DNA of 64,000 bases from Magnetococcales bacterium (GTDB lineage Bacteria > Pseudomonadota > Magnetococcia > Magnetococcales > JADFZT01), in contig JADFZT010000016.1 of NCBI GenBank assembly GCA_015232395.1, positions 1,866-65,865 on the forward strand, written 5' to 3'. Numbering within the stretch: position 1 is the stretch's first letter; each line of letters begins with the position of its first letter. The translations under genes and the position numbers were made by a program. The notes under the pieces were generated by a model. That model was not told the DNA's origin, ran no database searches, and worked only from the letters and a program-made list of their open reading frames with translations. Of the stretch, positions 60,751 through 64,000 are shown piece by piece.

Positions 60751-61841
60751 GCAGGGTCTCCTTTTTGACCCCCCGCAAGCCGACCCGACCGATTTCGGTG
60801 GGGGGGGTGCAGGTGGGAGGGGATGGGGTTATTTCCGTCCAATCCATGACCAACACCGATACCCGGGATGTGGCGGCCACTTCGGCCCAGATTCGGGCGT
60901 TGGCGGAGGCGGGGGCGGATCTGGTTCGGGTCTCCTGTCCCGACGAGGAGGCAGCCCGTGCGGTTGGCCCCCTGGTGGCGCAATCTCCGGTGCCCCTGAT
61001 CGCCGACATCCATTTTGATCATCGCCTGGCATTGACCGCCCTGGAAAATGGCATCGCCTGTCTGCGGATCAATCCCGGCAACATCGGCTCCCGGGAGCGG
61101 GTGGGGGAGGTGGTGCGGGCAGCACGGGAGCGCCAGGTGCCCATCCGGATCGGGGTCAATGCCGGCTCCCTGGAGCGCGCTCTTCTGGAACGTTACGGCG
61201 AACCCTGCCCGGAAGCGATGGTGGCGTCGGCCCTTGAGCACATCCGCATTCTGGAGGATCTCAACTATCAAGAGATCAAGGTCAGCCTCAAAGCCAGTCA
61301 GGTAGGGCTGACGGTGGCGGCTTATCGTCAGCTTTCGGGGCAGGTGGATTATCCCCTGCACCTGGGCATCACCGAGGCGGGGGGGCTCCTGCCGGGATCG
61401 GTCAAATCGGCGGTGGGGCTCGCACTGTTGCTCTCAGAGGGCATTGGCGATACCCTGCGGGTTTCCCTCTCCACCGATCCAGTGGAAGAGGTCCGGGTAG
61501 GGTTTGAAATTCTCAAGGCCCTGGGGCTTCGGACCCGGGGAGTCGATATCATCTCCTGCCCCACCTGCTCCCGGCAGACCTTCGCGGTGATCGATGTGGT
61601 GGCGCAACTGGAAAAACGTCTCGCCCACATTCGGGAGCCGGTGACGGTTTCGGTGATCGGCTGCGTGGTCAACGGTCCCGGGGAAGCCAAGGAGAGCTTG
61701 GCCGGGGTGGTGGGGGGTGAGGGTAAAAATCTCCTCTATCGAGGGGGAGAGCCCCTGGAAAAAATTACCGACGAAGAGTTGGTGGAGCGACTGGTGGCCG
61801 AGGCCGAGGCCGCTGCACTGAAAATGCGTGAGGCAACATGA
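60747..61841 (+). CDS. ispG: HMBPP synthase
   Basis: [41 protein letters not shown]. Confidence 0.98.
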   Translation: MSRVSFLTPRKPTRPISVGGVQVGGDGVISVQSMTNTDTRDVAATSAQIRALAEAGADLVRVSCPDEEAARAVGPLVAQSPVPLIADIHFDHRLALTALENGIACLRINPGNIGSRERVGEVVRAARERQVPIRIGVNAGSLERALLERYGEPCPEAMVASALEHIRILEDLNYQEIKVSLKASQVGLTVAAYRQLSGQVDYPLHLGITEAGGLLPGSVKSAVGLALLLSEGIGDTLRVSLSTDPVEEVRVGFEILKALGLRTRGVDIISCPTCSRQTFAVIDVVAQLEKRLAHIREPVTVSVIGCVVNGPGEAKESLAGVVGGEGKNLLYRGGEPLEKITDEELVERLVAEAEAAALKMREAT

Positions 61842-61860
61842 GCAAGAGGTCAGACAAGGC

Positions 61861-63300
61861 ATGACTGATGGGGCCGAAAAATCGGCGCTTCCGGGTGACA
61901 GCGATCCATCCGCCGGCAGTGTAATATCCGGAGGCCGCGATCAATCCGGAGGTGGCGGTAAGTCCAGAGGTGGTGGAAAGTCCGGTGGTGGTAAAAAATC
62001 TGCCAGCAGTGGTAAAGAGCGTTTTGCCACGGTGCGGGGAACCAAGGATATCCTGCCGGAAGAAGCGGCCCGACGCCACTATCTGGAAGGGGTCGCCCGA
62101 CGGGTTTTTGATCTCTACGGCTATGGCGAGTTGCGTACCCCGATTTTTGAGCGGACGGAACTCTTTGCCCGGGCGGTGGGGGCGACCAGCGATATCGTCG
62201 AAAAGGAGATGTACACCTTTGCCGACCGCAATGGGGACTCCCTGAGCCTGCGCCCCGAGGGAACCGCTTCGGTGGTGCGCAGCTTTATCGACAACAGCCT
62301 CCATCGGCAGCTTCCCTGGCGGGTTTTTTACATGGGGCCCATGTTTCGCCACGAGCGCCCCCAAAAAGGCCGTTACCGGCAGTTCCACCAGATCGGCTGT
62401 GAGCTGTTCGGTCCGGATGGCCCGTTGGCTGATGTGGAGATGATGGCGATTGTCCTGCGGATTTTGCGGGAGATCGGCCTGGATCGCTCCCTGACGCTGG
62501 AGATCAACTCCCTGGGGTGTCCCGAATGCCGGGATCCCTACCGGCAGGAGCTGATCGTCTTTTTTCAGGAGGTGCGGGAGAAACTCTGCCCCAACTGCCA
62601 AAACCGTCTGGAACAAAACCCCCTGCGGGTGCTCGACTGCAAGCGTCCCAGTTGCCGGGAACTGGTGGTGGATGCGCCCAAGATGATCGACCATCTGTGT
62701 GGGGGGTGTCAGGACCATTTCCAGGGGGTGTTGGGACATCTGGAGCGCATGGGTTTATCCTATCAGGTCAATCCCCTGATGGTGCGGGGGTTGGACTACT
62801 ACACCCGTACCGCCTTTGAGGTGATTACGGGAGATCTGGGAACCCAAAATGCCGTGGCGGCTGGGGGGCGTTATGACGGCCTGGTGGGGGAGATGGGGGG
62901 GGTTGCGACCCCTGCCATCGGTTTTGCCATGGGGGTGGAGCGCCTGGCACTGCTGCTGGGTGAGGAGGCCCGGTTTCAAAAGCCTCCGGGAGTCTATCTG
63001 GTGGCGGTGGGAGAAAAAGCCAGGCCCCAGGGGATTCTCCTGGCGGAGGCGATGCGGGATGAGGGAATTGGGGTGGCGTTTGATCTCGGGGATGGCTCCA
63101 TGAAGAGCCAGATGAAAAAAGCCGGTCGTTCCGGGGCCGATTTTGCCGTGATCATTGGTGAACGTGAAGTGGCTGAGGAGACTGCCCAGGTGAAAAATAT
63201 GGGGCAGGGTGAACAAAAATGTATGGCCTGGGGAGAGGTGGTGTCCTATCTCAGCACCCTCCTCAACCGGTCCGAGGGGATGATCCATGGCTCAAATTGA
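61861..63300 (+). CDS. hisS: Histidyl-tRNA synthetase with Gly-rich N-terminal extension
   Basis: RGTKD, LRPEGTA, FRHERPQKGRYRQF, RGLDYY, GGRYD. Confidence 0.98.
   Translation: MTDGAEKSALPGDSDPSAGSVISGGRDQSGGGGKSRGGGKSGGGKKSASSGKERFATVRGTKDILPEEAARRHYLEGVARRVFDLYGYGELRTPIFERTELFARAVGATSDIVEKEMYTFADRNGDSLSLRPEGTASVVRSFIDNSLHRQLPWRVFYMGPMFRHERPQKGRYRQFHQIGCELFGPDGPLADVEMMAIVLRILREIGLDRSLTLEINSLGCPECRDPYRQELIVFFQEVREKLCPNCQNRLEQNPLRVLDCKRPSCRELVVDAPKMIDHLCGGCQDHFQGVLGHLERMGLSYQVNPLMVRGLDYYTRTAFEVITGDLGTQNAVAAGGRYDGLVGEMGGVATPAIGFAMGVERLALLLGEEARFQKPPGVYLVAVGEKARPQGILLAEAMRDEGIGVAFDLGDGSMKSQMKKAGRSGADFAVIIGEREVAEETAQVKNMGQGEQKCMAWGEVVSYLSTLLNRSEGMIHGSN
61927..62016 (+). repeat. Five degenerate 18 bp in-frame tandem repeats in the hisS 5' end
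   Basis: SGGRDQ/SGGGGK/SRGGGK/SGGGKK/SASSGK. Confidence 0.75.
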
Positions 63301-63946
63301 TGAAATTTTTGAACAGGTAGACGAACAGCTCGAAGCGGACCGCTACGAAAAATTTTGGAAGGAAAACAGCGGTCGGATTATCGGCACGCTGGTGGCCTTC
63401 TTTCTGGTTTTGTTCGCTTATGTGGGATGGAAAGAGTATCGCACGGGGCAGGAGGAGAGTGCTTCTGAGCTTTATCTGGCCGCCATTGGTCGTATCGAGC
63501 AGGGGGATTTGGCGGTTGCCGGAAAATATCTGGACAATCTCCAGGACGGCTACGGCAGCATGGATTATGCTGTTTTGGGGCAGCTCATCAAAGCCCGGGT
63601 GTTGCACGACGGTGGGGATGATCCGGGCGCGATTCGTCTGTTGGAAGGGGTGGCCGGGAGTCCTGGCAGCTCGGAAACTTTGGCAGATCTGGCCCGCCTC
63701 AACGCCGCCTATCTGGTGGCTGGTAAGGATGAGGCCGGGGCTCTGGGTTATCTGGCCAAAATTCCCGCTCAATCTCCCTTCAAGGCCCACGCGCTGGAGT
63801 TGCAGGGGTTGATTTCCGAACAGAAAGGCGAAGGGGGCAAGGCTTTGGCTTATCTCAAGGAGGCCAAACTTTTGCAACCTGGCGGGGCTCTGGGAGGGCG
63901 CATCGACCGCATGGCGGAACGTTTGGAGGCGGGAGAAAAAAAATGA
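63287..63946 (+). CDS. yfgM: YfgM-like TPR membrane protein
   Basis: FWKEN + TM + TPR; conserved hisS-yfgM-bamB synteny. Confidence 0.85.
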   Translation: MAQIDEIFEQVDEQLEADRYEKFWKENSGRIIGTLVAFFLVLFAYVGWKEYRTGQEESASELYLAAIGRIEQGDLAVAGKYLDNLQDGYGSMDYAVLGQLIKARVLHDGGDDPGAIRLLEGVAGSPGSSETLADLARLNAAYLVAGKDEAGALGYLAKIPAQSPFKAHALELQGLISEQKGEGGKALAYLKEAKLLQPGGALGGRIDRMAERLEAGEKK

Positions 63947-64000
63947 GCAGGCTCTGGTTTTCCTTCGGCCTGATGTTGCTGGCCGGTTGCTCCTCCATGC
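63943..64000 (+). CDS. bamB: Lipoprotein N-terminus, probably BamB (truncated by window edge)
   Basis: MSRLWFSFGLMLLAGCSSM with LAGC lipobox; ATGA overlap; synteny. Confidence 0.6.
   Translation, partial: MSRLWFSFGLMLLAGCSSM

Overview
A GC-rich bacterial chromosomal window. Gene content and style suggest a microaerophilic, sulfur-oxidising proteobacterium, plausibly Magnetococcales-like (inference, not verified). From left to right it holds: two convergent cytidylate-kinase-like paralogs; a glycan-modification operon (GT4, methyltransferase, AsnB, radical SAM/SPASM, GT2); a complete type IV minor-pilin operon (fimT-pilV-pilW-pilX-pilY1-pilE) whose large PilY1 carries inserted adhesin modules; a Maf flagellin glycosyltransferase divergent from a B12-radical SAM gene; a metal/sulfide module (HMA, SQR, two cytochromes c, DUF411); and a ~10 kb unexplained biosynthetic cluster (AAC(3)-like acyltransferase, two methyltransferases, carrier protein, adenylation enzyme, Ntn hydrolase, a 399-aa orphan with possible CofE-like ligase motifs, B12-radical SAM, an Arg-rich small ORF, deacetylase). 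The right half is mostly housekeeping and regulatory genes: rsmC-like, FabX-like, ygfZ, thiC, ligA, Csp1, hisC, a Dnr-like regulator with a NIT hybrid kinase, and nadE-pilF-rodZ-ispG-hisS-yfgM-bamB. Two MITE families are present: three copies of a ~240 bp TA-flanked element, and one 163 bp element with a 5-bp target duplication. No rRNA, tRNA or CRISPR array was recognised. The best candidate for an undescribed system is the 26.4-36.5 kb carrier-protein-dependent cluster.
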